In this document: positions 1 to 10,390 of the stretch, in pieces
How the letters are laid out: every line of letters begins with the position of its first letter
Position numbering within the stretch: the stretch's first letter is position 1
Assembly (NCBI GenBank): GCA_963668315.1
Contig: OY764216.1
Coordinates: 3,328,001-3,392,000 of the forward strand
Source of the DNA: Spirochaetia bacterium
Lineage (GTDB): Bacteria > Spirochaetota > Spirochaetia > DSM-2461
Length of the DNA: 64,000 bases
Reading direction: 5' to 3'
Made by a program: the position numbers and the translations under genes
Notes under the pieces: generated by a model
The model's input: the letters and a program-made list of their open reading frames with translations, nothing else
Database searches by the model: none
What the model was told of the DNA's origin: nothing

Positions 1-1178
1 GTTATTCCCTGTCCGTAGATATATTCTTCAATTTCCCGTTTCAGTTCATTTTTATTAAGTTTGCTGTGGGAGAAATCATCCAAATGGTAAAAGGGTTTAG
101 TATAATCCATCCGGTAATGTCCCAGCTGATTAAAAAGATTGTTGAGAATGCGGTCGGAAGTCTCTATGGAAATATCGCTTTTCTCCAGAGACATGATATG
201 GGAAAGATAGCGGTCGTATTTTACAAGGGTACGTGTATAAGTGATAAGAAGGATCTCTTTTTTATCCAGGCCCAGGATATCCCTATTGATTTGCTTCAGA
301 GCTTCTAAAAGAACCAGGGTCTTACCAGTACCCGCTCCCCCTTTAATCAGAAAGTCATTATTCAAATTGATGCTGTCCAGTACATCCTTCTGTTCCGGAG
401 TTAACTGTACCAGACTCCGTTCATAATCCAGCCGGGTTGTGGTGAGGAGAGTCATTTTCAGAAGATTGAGATAGTACTCTTTTACATCCTCCAGATCATT
501 CAGCCTATTTTGAGCTTCCTTCTGCTTAAGCTTCCAGTCATTTCGTTCTTTGCGCAAATCATCGATCTTCTCTTTCCTTTGCTCCGTCTGACTTTTAAGA
601 AACTCCAATTCCATATCAAGGGCAAGAATTCTCGTACTGTAATGATCGTTCTCCTTATTCAGGGAATCGTATTTTTCAAGGTCAGCCGTTAATTGCTTTC
701 GTTTTCTATTGGACATGTGAAGCTTAAACTTCGTATCCAACAGTTCCTGAGAAAGTTCAACATGGGATCGTTTATCCTTCCAGTCATCCAAATGTTCGGA
801 CAGTTCATTTAGATTTTCCGATTCAAGCCCGACGATCTGACAGAATTCAATAAAATTATATGTGGCAATCTGGACTTGCTCCAACCCGGTATCGCCGAAT
901 TCATGACGAACTTTATTGGTTATGGTACGTTGATCAGAAATACGTTTAAAGGTCTTATTGCTCGAGATCGGTTTATGGAAAGTATCAATAAGATACCGTT
1001 TATAGCCATGCAGATTATCATTAAAAGAGGCACTTAAGTGATTCGCATTAAAATCGGGATAATTTTCATTCAGATATTTTTCTATAAAGGAGTGGGTTGC
1101 CAAAACGAAGAATCCCTTGTCAGAAGCGATCATATTCGTCAGTCTTTTTACATGATTATTCCAGTCTGTATTTTCCAT
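1..1178 (-). CDS. Superfamily 1 (UvrD/Rep-like) helicase, N-terminal part; runs off the left edge
   Basis: Manually translated from ATG at 1178 (MENTDWNNHVKRL...), open to position 1. Coiled-coil stretch, then QLTPEQKD (Q-motif), Walker A GGAGTGKT and motif Ia LITYTRTL. Missing from the ORF track because the stop lies outside the window. Confidence 0.8.
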   Translation of the reverse strand, partial: MENTDWNNHVKRLTNMIASDKGFFVLATHSFIEKYLNENYPDFNANHLSASFNDNLHGYKRYLIDTFHKPISSNKTFKRISDQRTITNKVRHEFGDTGLEQVQIATYNFIEFCQIVGLESENLNELSEHLDDWKDKRSHVELSQELLDTKFKLHMSNRKRKQLTADLEKYDSLNKENDHYSTRILALDMELEFLKSQTEQRKEKIDDLRKERNDWKLKQKEAQNRLNDLEDVKEYYLNLLKMTLLTTTRLDYERSLVQLTPEQKDVLDSINLNNDFLIKGGAGTGKTLVLLEALKQINRDILGLDKKEILLITYTRTLVKYDRYLSHIMSLEKSDISIETSDRILNNLFNQLGHYRMDYTKPFYHLDDFSHSKLNKNELKREIEEYIYGQGI

Positions 1179-1264
1179 AACGTTATTCTATGGTTTCTTT
1201 GTAAGAATGACAAGGAATGAAAGAAAAAAATCAATAAACTAATGTCTATATTTAAACCAGTTTA

Positions 1265-1552
1265 TTATATCCAGTATAGGTTATATAGCTGAACCGGACG
1301 CCGGTTGAATTCGCGGTTCATCTCCTGTTCGTCCAGGCCGTCTGCCGCATGGCTCATATAACGGAGAATTAGACGGGAATGATTGCTGAATAACAGTGAA
1401 ATCCTGTTATTTTCAATAAGAAAGGAAGTCAGGTCCTTTCCCTGAATATAGTCGATATCGCGCTTGATAGTGGAACGGTCTACGTTGAATCGGCGGACCA
1501 GTTCTGACCAGCTCCATCCTTTGTTATTCTCCAGGAGAATCTCTTCAATCAT
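1265..1552 (-). pseudogene. Degraded HTH_11-type regulator fragment (WYL/DeoR-like N-terminus)
   Basis: HTH SWSELVRRFNVDRSTIKRDIDY. Upstream frame contains stops and the C-terminus is short and unrecognisable. Confidence 0.45.
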
Positions 1553-2281
1553 ATTTATTCGTTAATCTGATCACTTTGACACCTAGATTTTCTACGTCAT
1601 CCTCTTGTATAAGGAGTTTTATGGGCAAATCCAAACATAGGAGAAAAGCCCTTTCTCTGTAAATATAAACCGATGATAAAAAGTCGATTTTTGTACTTTA
1701 GAAAGAATTTATTATCATTTCTTCTAGATTTATTTTTTTCCCTTCTCTAGGGAAAAGGATTAGCCATCGGATAAATGATCAGTCCTGTTGTAGAAATTTT
1801 CATTTTTAAAAGATCATCTATAAAGAGAAAAACCGAGCCTCCTTCTGTCGTGAAAATGAATTTCAAATTTTAGCAGGGGATTTCGCAGAATCCATTGTCC
1901 CATAATATCATGCTGCATTCCGGACATATTACTCCTAGTCGTATATTTGCTGCGGAATAGACACCGTGTTAATTCAGTTAAATAATATCAATATTCATTT
2001 CCAGAGCGTTTTCCATGAAACTGGCCCTTTTTATTCTTACTATCAGCCAGATGTTTATATTAGTAATAAAACACCACATGACAAAACAATAAAAATTGTT
2101 AGGATTTATTCTAACAACCCGAAGTGCTATGATCAGGAGGTCTTTATGGTATCTATACACATAAATAATGCATCGCCTTTTCTGTTCTCAAAAGCGCAAG
2201 TCGGGACCCATCACCACTTTCCCAACGTAAATAATATTAATTAACAATTATACTAATTCTCTTTTAGTACATCCGCATAAA

Positions 2282-3582
2282 GATAGTGTACAATAGTGTC
2301 TGTAAATTAGAAATAAAGGGGGCTTGAAAAAGTTAGCCAATCAGTCTTCGATTAGTTCGACCAAAAACAAAAGAAGGCATCATGACTAACGAGGATTACT
2401 ATACCGTTTTCGATCAAATGATTGAAGAGCTCCAGGCAGATAATCGAGAAGGATTAACAAAGGTCATAAGTTCAATAATGAATTTATCTATGCGGTTAGA
2501 GCAAGAGAAGGCAATCCAAGCCAGTCATTATGAACGGAATGACGATCGCATTGGCCATAGAAACGGGTACAAAAGCAGGAAGATTCGAACTCGTGTAGGT
2601 GAGATCCCTATCGAGATTCCGCAGGTCCGTGGGATGGAATTCTATCCTGGCAGCATTGAAAAAGGGTGCCGCAGCGAAAGGGCGTTGAAAATGGCAATAG
2701 CTCAGATGTATATCCAGGGGGTATCAACTCGCAGAGTAACCAAAATTGTAGAACAGCTCTGCGGCTTCGAAGTTTCCCAATCCCAGGTTTCTGAAGCAAC
2801 CGCACTGCTGGATGAAGAGATTTCTAAGTGGCGGAATCGCCCTCTGGGAGCTTTTCGCTATCTCATTGTGGATGCGACCTATGAAAAAGCTCGTGTGGAT
2901 AGAGCTGTCGTTTCGGCAGCCGTTCTAATTGCTTATGGAGTTGATAATAAGGGAATGAGAAGGGTTCTTGGGATTTCAACAGAACTCAGCGAGGCTGATG
3001 TTCATTGGAGAAAGTTCCTCGCTGGATTGGTTGACCGAGGTTTACATGGAGTCAGAATGATAACTTCAGATGCCCATAGTGGTCTAAAATCTGCAATAGA
3101 GGCTGTTTTTCCTACGGTTCCCTGGCATCGCTGTCAGTTTCATCTCCAGCAGAATGCTTCTCATCACGTTCCCAAGAAGAGCATGGAGAAGGAGGTAGCA
3201 GAAGACATCAGAACTATTTTTAACGCACCCAATGGAGAAGAAGCGAAACGCTTTCTTTCAATGGCTGTTAAAAAATATGAGGAAACGGCGCCCGATCTGA
3301 GTAGCTGGATGGATGAGAATATCCCCGAGTCCCTTACCGTCTTCTCAATGCCAAAGGCTCATTGGCGACGGCTAAGAACTTCAAATTTGGCAGAGCGGCA
3401 GATGAAAGAAATAAAGAGGCGAACAAGGGTAGCCATGATATTTCCAAATAGGAAGTCCGTTGATCGTCTGATCGCGGCTCTGTTAATGGAAATAGATGAG
3501 CAGTGGTTTACAGGTAAAAGATATTTGAATATGGAGACTGATTAACTTTTTCTAATTTTACAGACAAAAGGGTTGCTTTATC
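2282..3582 (+). mobile_element. IS256-family element, type A copy 1 (1301 bp)
   Basis: Imperfect terminal IRs GATAGTGTACAATAGTGTCTGTAAATTAG / CTAATTTTACAGACAAAAGGGTTGCTTTATC. 8-bp target duplication CGCATAAA at 2274-2281 and 3583-3590. Confidence 0.95.
2382..3545 (+). CDS. IS256-family (mutator) transposase
   Basis: RNGY, GVSTRRV, VDATY, SDAHSGL, RCQFH, RTSNLAER motifs. Confidence 0.95.
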   Translation: MTNEDYYTVFDQMIEELQADNREGLTKVISSIMNLSMRLEQEKAIQASHYERNDDRIGHRNGYKSRKIRTRVGEIPIEIPQVRGMEFYPGSIEKGCRSERALKMAIAQMYIQGVSTRRVTKIVEQLCGFEVSQSQVSEATALLDEEISKWRNRPLGAFRYLIVDATYEKARVDRAVVSAAVLIAYGVDNKGMRRVLGISTELSEADVHWRKFLAGLVDRGLHGVRMITSDAHSGLKSAIEAVFPTVPWHRCQFHLQQNASHHVPKKSMEKEVAEDIRTIFNAPNGEEAKRFLSMAVKKYEETAPDLSSWMDENIPESLTVFSMPKAHWRRLRTSNLAERQMKEIKRRTRVAMIFPNRKSVDRLIAALLMEIDEQWFTGKRYLNMETD

Positions 3583-3816
3583 CGCATAAATGGATGTGTA
3601 GCTATAAATTCAAATCCTGGGAAGGGAATTCTCTATAGGCTCTCAGGTTTTAAGGAATATGCTATGAAGTTGTTCTGCTCTTAATTGATAAGGGAGCCGA
3701 CCCGAATTTCTTAGGGCCGAATACTGTTGAATCACACATTATCCTGACCAAAACTTCCAGATTATTCTGGAATCCAAATTATTTTAACAGCTTCCCCGAA
3801 AGGGAAGCCATAAATC

Positions 3817-4122
3817 TTAGAACGGCAAACTTAACTGTCCGTCAAAATCCGCATCAGGATCAAGAGAAAGTTCATCCCACTCCTTCTCAAGTATCTCCTC
3901 AATTACCGGTACAGAGACCTTTCCATAATAGAGAGCTCTCTCACAGGCTGCCTCCATTCTCACCGGCGAGACCTTAAACGTCAGATCCAAAAACCGACTG
4001 ACCTCTTCATATTTCTCATGGCACCACCTACCCCACAACATATAGGCTACCTGCCTGGTTTTCTCCATGAAAAGATAAGTTTCAGGAGGAGTAAAGCGAA
4101 AAAAAGTTTTCCCATTATCCAT
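3817..4122 (-). CDS. Transposon accessory protein resembling the IS21 IstA C-terminal helical region, ending in QLSLPF
   Basis: RBS AGGAGG; RMEAACERALYYG..S..VIEEILEK motif; identical in all 3 copies. Confidence 0.7.
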   Translation of the reverse strand: MDNGKTFFRFTPPETYLFMEKTRQVAYMLWGRWCHEKYEEVSRFLDLTFKVSPVRMEAACERALYYGKVSVPVIEEILEKEWDELSLDPDADFDGQLSLPF

Positions 4123-4136
4123 ACGGCTTCCTCCTG

Positions 4137-4940
4137 TTAGATGATTTCGGTCTGAGCGATGCGAACATGTTCCGCGGAAACGAGCTGACTTTTTTCTTTC
4201 GCCGCCGCCATCATAGCTCCCCTGGCGATGGTGTTAGCCCGTCTTAGAAGTCCTCCCGATGTTTGATGGATAGCAAGAATGGCTTCATCTGCGAATAGGG
4301 GCTTCTCCATCCCGGCCAGATGAAGATGATGTTCCAGGTATCCTTTCATATGCTTCAGATTCAGACTGTCCAAATGGGAGCGCCCCACGATACGCGATGC
4401 CAGGGGTTTGGCGGAAATAGCCATGAGTTTGTCTATGAGCCCGTCCTGCCCGCAGAGAATTATGGGCATAATCGGGTTTGAATCAAAATCAAACTGACAG
4501 AGAGTATGAAGCTGGTTGAAGACCTTGGACTTAAGAAGATGGGCTTCATCTATAACGAGAATGGGGACTTTTTTCTTTGAAGCAATGTCTTTTATGATAT
4601 CCCGGACATTTTTCATCGCGATAGCCAGCTGAAATGAACGGTACTCCTCCCCAAACTCCATAAGAAACTGCCGTAAAAGCTCCATCATACTGCCCGATGT
4701 AGCGACCAGCGAGATAATCTTGTACTTCCCCGGGTGGAACTTACTACACGCCAATCTCAGAGATGTGGATTTCCCGGATCCTACTTCCCCAGTGATGAGA
4801 GAGATAGCTCCCAGCTTTACGGCGTATTCAAATCTGTCCAAAAGGGGCGGTAGTCCAGGCAGCATATAGAGATCATCCAATTTGATTTTCTGAGAATAGG
4901 GCTCCTGTGTTAATCCGTAAAAATGCTTTATATCAATCAT
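4137..4940 (-). CDS. ExeA/TniB-like AAA+ transposition ATPase
   Basis: Walker A GEVGSGKS, Walker B LVIDEAH, ILCGQ sensor. Confidence 0.9.
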   Translation of the reverse strand: MIDIKHFYGLTQEPYSQKIKLDDLYMLPGLPPLLDRFEYAVKLGAISLITGEVGSGKSTSLRLACSKFHPGKYKIISLVATSGSMMELLRQFLMEFGEEYRSFQLAIAMKNVRDIIKDIASKKKVPILVIDEAHLLKSKVFNQLHTLCQFDFDSNPIMPIILCGQDGLIDKLMAISAKPLASRIVGRSHLDSLNLKHMKGYLEHHLHLAGMEKPLFADEAILAIHQTSGGLLRRANTIARGAMMAAAKEKSQLVSAEHVRIAQTEII

Positions 4941-6222
4941 CGTTTTCTTCCTCCGAGAATAGTTGTCCGCCGCTATAGGGATTGGAATTCAGATCAGCTT
5001 GAATCTCTGAACGTTTGACCTGGCTATTGATATGCACGTCCATAGGTTTAAGAAATCCTCTGGATTTATCGGCAATAAAGATTTCTACCCGGCTCATATC
5101 CGATTCATCGTAAGAGAGGTAGACCTTCTGCCCTGCCAGACCGATGGGTGCCTGGTATAGTTTTCCCTCGATACTGACCGATCTGTCATTGGTTACCGTT
5201 CTGAGCAGTCTCTTACGAAAATAATCATTCAGATTCTCCGGAGCCGATCGAAGAAGGGTTAGTGATTTCAAATAACGGTCCAGAGGTTTCTCCCGGATTG
5301 AAGAGTGTTTCCTAATATGATAATTCTCATCAATGAAAGCAGCGAGATGCCCGTTCAATTCCTCCAATGTCAGTTCTTCCGGAAGGGCTTGAAGAACCTC
5401 CATCCTGACCGTCCTGTTAAATCTTTCGATTTTCCCTTTCCCTTGAGGGCGGTAGGGCTTCGCATACGTCAGAACAATCCCCAGAGAAGCGCAACCGTAT
5501 TGAAGCTTATGGGATTTGAAATAAGCGCCGTTGTCCGTGTAGAGTTTACGGGGAAGGCCACGCTTAACCAGGGCTTTCTTCATACAGTCGATAAAATTGT
5601 CCACATTCTCCCGTAGATAGAACTGGGCATGGGGAATAAGACGGGAATGATCGTCGATGATGGCGAACATATAGGATTTTCTACGGCGGCCCTCATGAAT
5701 GACATAAGGACCGTGCATACAGTCCGATTGCCAGAGGTCATTGGGAAACTCCACTTCGAACTTCAACATATCTTCCTTCTGCTTCCTCTCCTTACCCAGT
5801 CCATGTTTTTTCAGAATTCTATAGATGGATTGGGAGGAGGCGTTGAAGTCGGGAGGAAGTACATTTCTTTGCCGGGCCAGCCTCATCAAGACGGGAACGG
5901 ATGCCTTCATAAAATCCTTTCTCAGATTAATGAAGGCCAGTTCTGTTTCCCTGTCCATAATGCGGCATCCGCCCTGGTCCCCCCGGCTTTTGGGATGCAG
6001 ACTCTCTATTTGCCGACCGCTGGATTCATACTTTCTGAGCCAACTGAGGATAGTCGCGCGGCTGATATAGGTACGGGTGGAAAAAGGGATATTCCACTCC
6101 CTAGCCGTCAATTTATCAAGGACATCCCTTTGCATACCCCAATCTTCTCTGCTCAGATCCAGTAAAGGATAGATCACAGAAAACCGGAAGGCGGCTACTT
6201 TTTCTCGTTCTTCTTTGGTCAT
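4933..6222 (-). CDS. DDE (rve) transposase with Mu-like C-terminal domain
   Basis: WQSD, IDDHSR, YTDNG, GKGKIERF; C-terminal RTVTNDRSVSIEGKLY. Confidence 0.92.
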   Translation of the reverse strand: MTKEEREKVAAFRFSVIYPLLDLSREDWGMQRDVLDKLTAREWNIPFSTRTYISRATILSWLRKYESSGRQIESLHPKSRGDQGGCRIMDRETELAFINLRKDFMKASVPVLMRLARQRNVLPPDFNASSQSIYRILKKHGLGKERKQKEDMLKFEVEFPNDLWQSDCMHGPYVIHEGRRRKSYMFAIIDDHSRLIPHAQFYLRENVDNFIDCMKKALVKRGLPRKLYTDNGAYFKSHKLQYGCASLGIVLTYAKPYRPQGKGKIERFNRTVRMEVLQALPEELTLEELNGHLAAFIDENYHIRKHSSIREKPLDRYLKSLTLLRSAPENLNDYFRKRLLRTVTNDRSVSIEGKLYQAPIGLAGQKVYLSYDESDMSRVEIFIADKSRGFLKPMDVHINSQVKRSEIQADLNSNPYSGGQLFSEEENDD

Positions 6223-6250
6223 AAAACCTCCTAAAACGTTTTATTTCCAT

Positions 6251-6739
6251 TTAAGGCGGTATTTTATTAGTTGTCACTGCAAAGCTAAGGTAGGTCATGC
6301 AGAGAGCTACCGATTTCACATCATGATTTATCGAATGTGAGGGGAAGCAGAACCGATTCTGAACGCTGTCTGAAAGGAAAAGGGAGAGATCAAAATTCAG
6401 TCCCTGAATAGCAGCTTGTTTCATCAGTCCCCGATACCAGTATTGCTGCCTTTGACGGCTGAAGGATGTGAACCAGGTATGGGATTCTAACTTATGAGAA
6501 AGGCTTCGATAAATTTCTGTAGCGGTTGATTGAAACCTGGGGAAATATGCAACAGGCCTGGCCGTATGTACCGCTCCGCACTCGGGACAGCGGAATCTTT
6601 TGAGGTAGAGTCCTTCCGGAAATTCGTCGAAATAACGCAGTACATAACCATGCCCCCAGATCCTGAAACTTTGGCAGGAAGGACATCTTCTTGGTTTCCT
6701 CCAGACATAATTCTTATGTTTCTCTTTAAGGACAGCCAA
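6251..6739 (-). CDS. Zinc-ribbon transposon accessory protein (DUF6431-like)
   Basis: CPSC..GHGY..R.....RFRCPECG..H motif; first gene of the element; start codon uncertain. Confidence 0.7.
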   Translation of the reverse strand: MAVLKEKHKNYVWRKPRRCPSCQSFRIWGHGYVLRYFDEFPEGLYLKRFRCPECGAVHTARPVAYFPRFQSTATEIYRSLSHKLESHTWFTSFSRQRQQYWYRGLMKQAAIQGLNFDLSLFLSDSVQNRFCFPSHSINHDVKSVALCMTYLSFAVTTNKIPP

Positions 6740-7487
6740 ATCCGTCCGAAAATAAATTATGATTTATGGGTTGGGATAGCCGTTCTTGCAGGAACAATAG
6801 GCTATCCCTTTTTTATCGATAATTTATTTTGTGAAAATGAAGTATAAAAATATTTTATTGTGGAATATTGATAGAATAATCTGATAGATTAATGTTGGAT
6901 TCTACAAATACGACTACCGCTTACTGGGGGCATGGGGAAGATCTTAGAATGATTCAACTACTTCTTGATGGGGGTGGCGAGCCCCATATTATTTATTATA
7001 AGAATAGTCCTGATGATTATCCTGAGACAAAAATAGATCATGTCGAATTTGACAGAACATTATATGGCTGAACTTCGGACATGGAAATGTTATTACGGAG
7101 AAATGGAGCTAAGTACTATTCAGAAATCAAAAGTGGTATTGATTGTCTCCATATATTCATGAAAGAAAATAGGGAACTTTCTATGGAAAGTATTAAGAAT
7201 AATGAGGATTTTGATAATATCAAAGATGATCCCCGTTTTGCCTCCCTTCTCAATGATTTTTTATATAATAAGTTGTTATATGGATTGATTTTTGAATAGG
7301 ATGGGAAAAAATATATGAAAATAGCTTTGCATAATCATACGAGAGGGCTCCTCATATGGTCCGCATGGGATCGGGAATAATGATGTCCCCTTAGCATTTT
7401 GCTGCGAATATAGGGGCATTTTTCGTAAATGAAGAAGTCTTTGTTGTATTGCTTGAAAGTGACTTCACCAGCAAGCTCTCAGGGCAT

Positions 7488-7534
7488 AAAAAAAGTCTTG
7501 CTCTCAAGTGTAAATCACCTGATTACAAGACTTT
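7488..7534 (-). terminator. Hairpin downstream of the tRNA fragment
   Basis: AAAGTCTTG...CAAGACTTT stem; the preceding A-run gives a U-tail on the minus strand. Confidence 0.5.
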
Positions 7535-7538
7535 AAAA

Positions 7539-7590
7539 GTCGGGCTGGCCGGATTTGAACCGGCGACCCCTTGTCCCCCAGACAAGTACT
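7539..7590 (-). tRNA. 3' fragment of tRNA-Pro(GGG), no 5' half; probable att site
   Basis: Minus strand reads CTTGT-CTGGGGG-ACAAG (anticodon GGG), GGGTC, GCCGGTTCAAATCCGGC (T-arm), CAGCCCGAC. Upstream sequence cannot form the D-arm or the 5' acceptor strand. Confidence 0.85.
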
Positions 7591-7776
7591 CCGAACTTTT
7601 CATATAGCAGTATTTATCAATTCTTGCAAATATAACGATTTACTCAATTTTGTATTGAGTAACTTTAAGCACAATATAGCAGAATATAGCAATAAAATGA
7701 AGGGTTTTTGTTACAATTTAATGTCACAGCATAAAAATTGGTACATGTTATATAATCCCTTATTTATAAGAAAATC

Positions 7777-9124
7777 GATAGCGTACAATCAAGTTCGCAA
7801 TTTTAATTATTGAAAGAAGCCATCGAATTCTCCAGAATGGTAATGCACAACTAAAACCATGGAGGAAGAAAACGATGGCTAAGGAAAATGATAATGGTAA
7901 TCTGGAAAAAATGCTACTCCAATTCATTTCGGAACCGGATCCCATTTTCAGCTTATTGAAATGGCTACTGGAAAAGCTTATGGAAATAGAAGCGGCGAAT
8001 AAAGTAGGAGCTCAAAAGGGGTCTCATTCTACGGGAAGATCCACCCATTTTTCTGGATATCGACCACGCCGATTTGATACTCGTCTTGGAACACTGTATC
8101 TCCTTGTCCCCAAGCTCAGAAAAGGCGGATATATTCCCTTCTTTGTAACAGAAAAGAAGAGATCCGAGCAAGCTCTGATTCAGGTTGTCCAGGAAGCATT
8201 TATCAACGGTGTTTCAACCAGAAAGATTGAGAAATTGGCTATGAGTCTGGGCATTGAAAATATTTCAGCCAGCCAGGTCTCTGAAATCAATAAGGGACTT
8301 GATGAACAGGTAGATGAATTCCGCTATCGATCTCTTGATTCAGAATATCCTGTCATCTGGGTTGATGCCCTCTATGAAAAGATCCGGTATAACGGAAGAG
8401 TGAGAAATATGGCTGTGATGGTTGTATCTGGTGTTAATTCACAAGGATTCAAAGAAATCCTTGCTGTTGAACCAATGCAGGAAGAATCAGAAAGCACTTA
8501 TACCGAACTGTTCAGGTCTCTTAAAGCAAGAGGATTTAAAAATGCCTGGCTCTGTGTCTCTGATGCCCATCTGGGACTTCAAGCCGCCATAAGAAAGGAA
8601 CTCATCGGTTGCTCCTGGCAACGCTGTAAAATCCATTTTATGAGGAACATCCTGTCCCATCTTCCTGCCAGGGATAAAGAAGCTGTTGCCGGCAGAATTA
8701 AGCAGATTTGGAATCAACCGAACTCCCAATCGGCCCGTGAATATGCATACCGAATTATAGAGGAATTTGAAGAACAATTTCCGAAGTCCATGACTTGTCT
8801 TGAAGACGGATTAGAAGACTCTCTTCAGTATTATGAATTCTCAGAAATAGACAGCCGGAAAACTGCTTCTACCAATCAACTGGAACGATTGAATCGGGAA
8901 ATCCGTAGACGATCTCGTGTTGTGGGAATCTTTCCCAGTATTGACTCCTACCTTAGACTAGTCTGTTGTTACCTGATTGAATACTCAGAAGACTGGGCTT
9001 CGGGAAAACGGTATATCAGTGAGAAATCGATTGATGAACAAAGAATTAAATTAGGTCAGGCTGCCTAATGGGGAATTTTGATGGCTTCTTGAAAGGAAAG
9101 TTGCGAACATGGCTGGACACTATC
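7777..9124 (+). mobile_element. IS256-family element, type B copy 1 (1348 bp), no target duplication
   Basis: Ends GATAGCGTACAATCAAGTTCGCAA / TTGCGAACATGGCTGGACACTATC; flanks AGAAAATC and TTCCCCGA differ. Confidence 0.95.
7875..9068 (+). CDS. IS256-family transposase
   Basis: GVSTRKI, WVDALY, VSDAHLGL, WQRCKIHF, STNQLERLNREIRRR. Confidence 0.95.
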   Translation: MAKENDNGNLEKMLLQFISEPDPIFSLLKWLLEKLMEIEAANKVGAQKGSHSTGRSTHFSGYRPRRFDTRLGTLYLLVPKLRKGGYIPFFVTEKKRSEQALIQVVQEAFINGVSTRKIEKLAMSLGIENISASQVSEINKGLDEQVDEFRYRSLDSEYPVIWVDALYEKIRYNGRVRNMAVMVVSGVNSQGFKEILAVEPMQEESESTYTELFRSLKARGFKNAWLCVSDAHLGLQAAIRKELIGCSWQRCKIHFMRNILSHLPARDKEAVAGRIKQIWNQPNSQSAREYAYRIIEEFEEQFPKSMTCLEDGLEDSLQYYEFSEIDSRKTASTNQLERLNREIRRRSRVVGIFPSIDSYLRLVCCYLIEYSEDWASGKRYISEKSIDEQRIKLGQAA

Positions 9125-10158
9125 TTCCCCGAACAAAGTACCAGAAGAGATTGTTAAAAGGATTATTGAGATCAGGAAGGAGCATTCCTCGTGGGGAGCG
9201 AAGAAGATTCGCTGGCGTTTGGACCAAGATGGAATTTATAATCGGATTCCCGCTCAATCAACCATTTCCATTATCCTTAAGCGAAATAATCTTATTCCGG
9301 AGAGAAAGCGTCATGTACGTGTAGAGAGGCGCTATCCTAAGTTTATAGCCAATGATTGTAATGAAATCTGGAGTGCTGATTACAAGGGAGAATTCAAAAC
9401 CAAGGATAATAAATATTGCTACCCTTTGACTATCTGCGATACCTTCAGTCGCTACATCATTAAGATAAAAGGCCTCTCCCGGCCCAATTATGAGCAGTCT
9501 CAGCCAGTTTTTGAAACTGTCTTTAAAGAATATGGACTCCCTGAACAGTTGCATACCGACAATGGTTCCCCCTTTGCCAACGTCCGTGCCCTGGGGCGTT
9601 ATACGCAATTCTCAGTCTGGCTGATGGAATTAGGAATCCTTCCCGTGTTCAGTGATCCTGCTTCCCCGCAGCAAAATGGAAAACATGAAAGGATGCACCG
9701 GATATTGAAAGCAGAAGCCTGTAAAGAGCCCGGAATCAGTCTTCGAAGTCAGCAGATAAAGTTTAACAAGTTTGCCAGGGAATACAATACAGAGCGACCT
9801 CATGAGTCTCTGGGGATGGTAACGCCTTCTTCAGTTTATGCGAGGTCCAAACGTCCTTATCCTAAGAAAATAGAGCCTTGGGTCTATCCTGCAGAGTATA
9901 AAGTAAGGAATATCTGCAAGAATGGAATTATTAGGGTAGGTAAGGATGACCGTATCTTTGTGGGTACAGCTTTCAAGGAAAAACAACTTGGTTTTGAAGA
10001 TATTGGAGAAGGGATTTACAGGGTTTGGTTTAGAGAATTTCTGCTTGGCTATTTAAATGAACATGAGCTCAAAATCTATGATATACTAGAATATGATTAC
10101 ATCAAAAGGGTGTAAGTGAAGTGGGTAGATATTTGAACACTATGTGATGTTCAATACA
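9125..10158 (+). pseudogene. 5'-truncated IS481-family element
   Basis: Frame open from 9126 (SPNKVPEEIVKRII..WGAKKI) to 10115 with WSADYKG, HTDNG, PQQNGKHER. N-terminal HTH removed at the IS256 end. Probable right end ..TTCAATACA. Confidence 0.85.
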
Positions 10159-10390
10159 TCAGGGTACATACGAGATATCTACAAAAATACTTGATTAATA
10201 GTTTTTTAGTACAGTGTAAGATTTTATGTCGATTTAAAAAAATTCACTTAGATGAAAGTACGTAATGTAGATGAAATAGAAAATGAATTCTTTAAAAGAT
10301 AAATTTGCGATGTAATATTTAAAGAAAAATGCTATAATTTCTCTAAAATAAAAATAAGAAGAAATTTGAGTAAGAATATAAGGCAACATT

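Larger units (their letters stand above)
3725..6906 (-). mobile_element. 3182-bp four-gene DDE+AAA transposon (IS21/Tn552-like), copy 1
   Basis: TG..CA ends (TGTTGAATCACACATTATC / TGTAGAATCCAACATTAATC), repeated subterminal CAnATTAnnCT boxes, 5-bp duplication AATAC at 3720-3724 and 6907-6911. Confidence 0.95.
3660..7299 (+). pseudogene. Ankyrin-repeat-like gene split by the 3182-bp transposon, with an internal stop
   Basis: Removing 3725-6911 rejoins YEVVLLLIDKGADPNFLGPN-TTTAYWGHGEDLRMIQLLLDGGGEP...LYG*TSDMEMLLRRNGAK. LLIDKGADPN, LLLDGG and LLRRNGA are ankyrin-like. Confidence 0.55.

Noticed and set aside
1966..2244. 92-aa ORF and the overlapping 60-aa ORF
   Set aside because: No motif or clear RBS; lies in a decayed region.
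7539..7590. Functional tRNA-Pro
   Set aside because: D-arm and 5' acceptor strand are absent.
10160..10390. Possible attI/Pc ahead of cassette 1
   Set aside because: No GTTATCA-like core matching attC 1 and no properly spaced promoter found.
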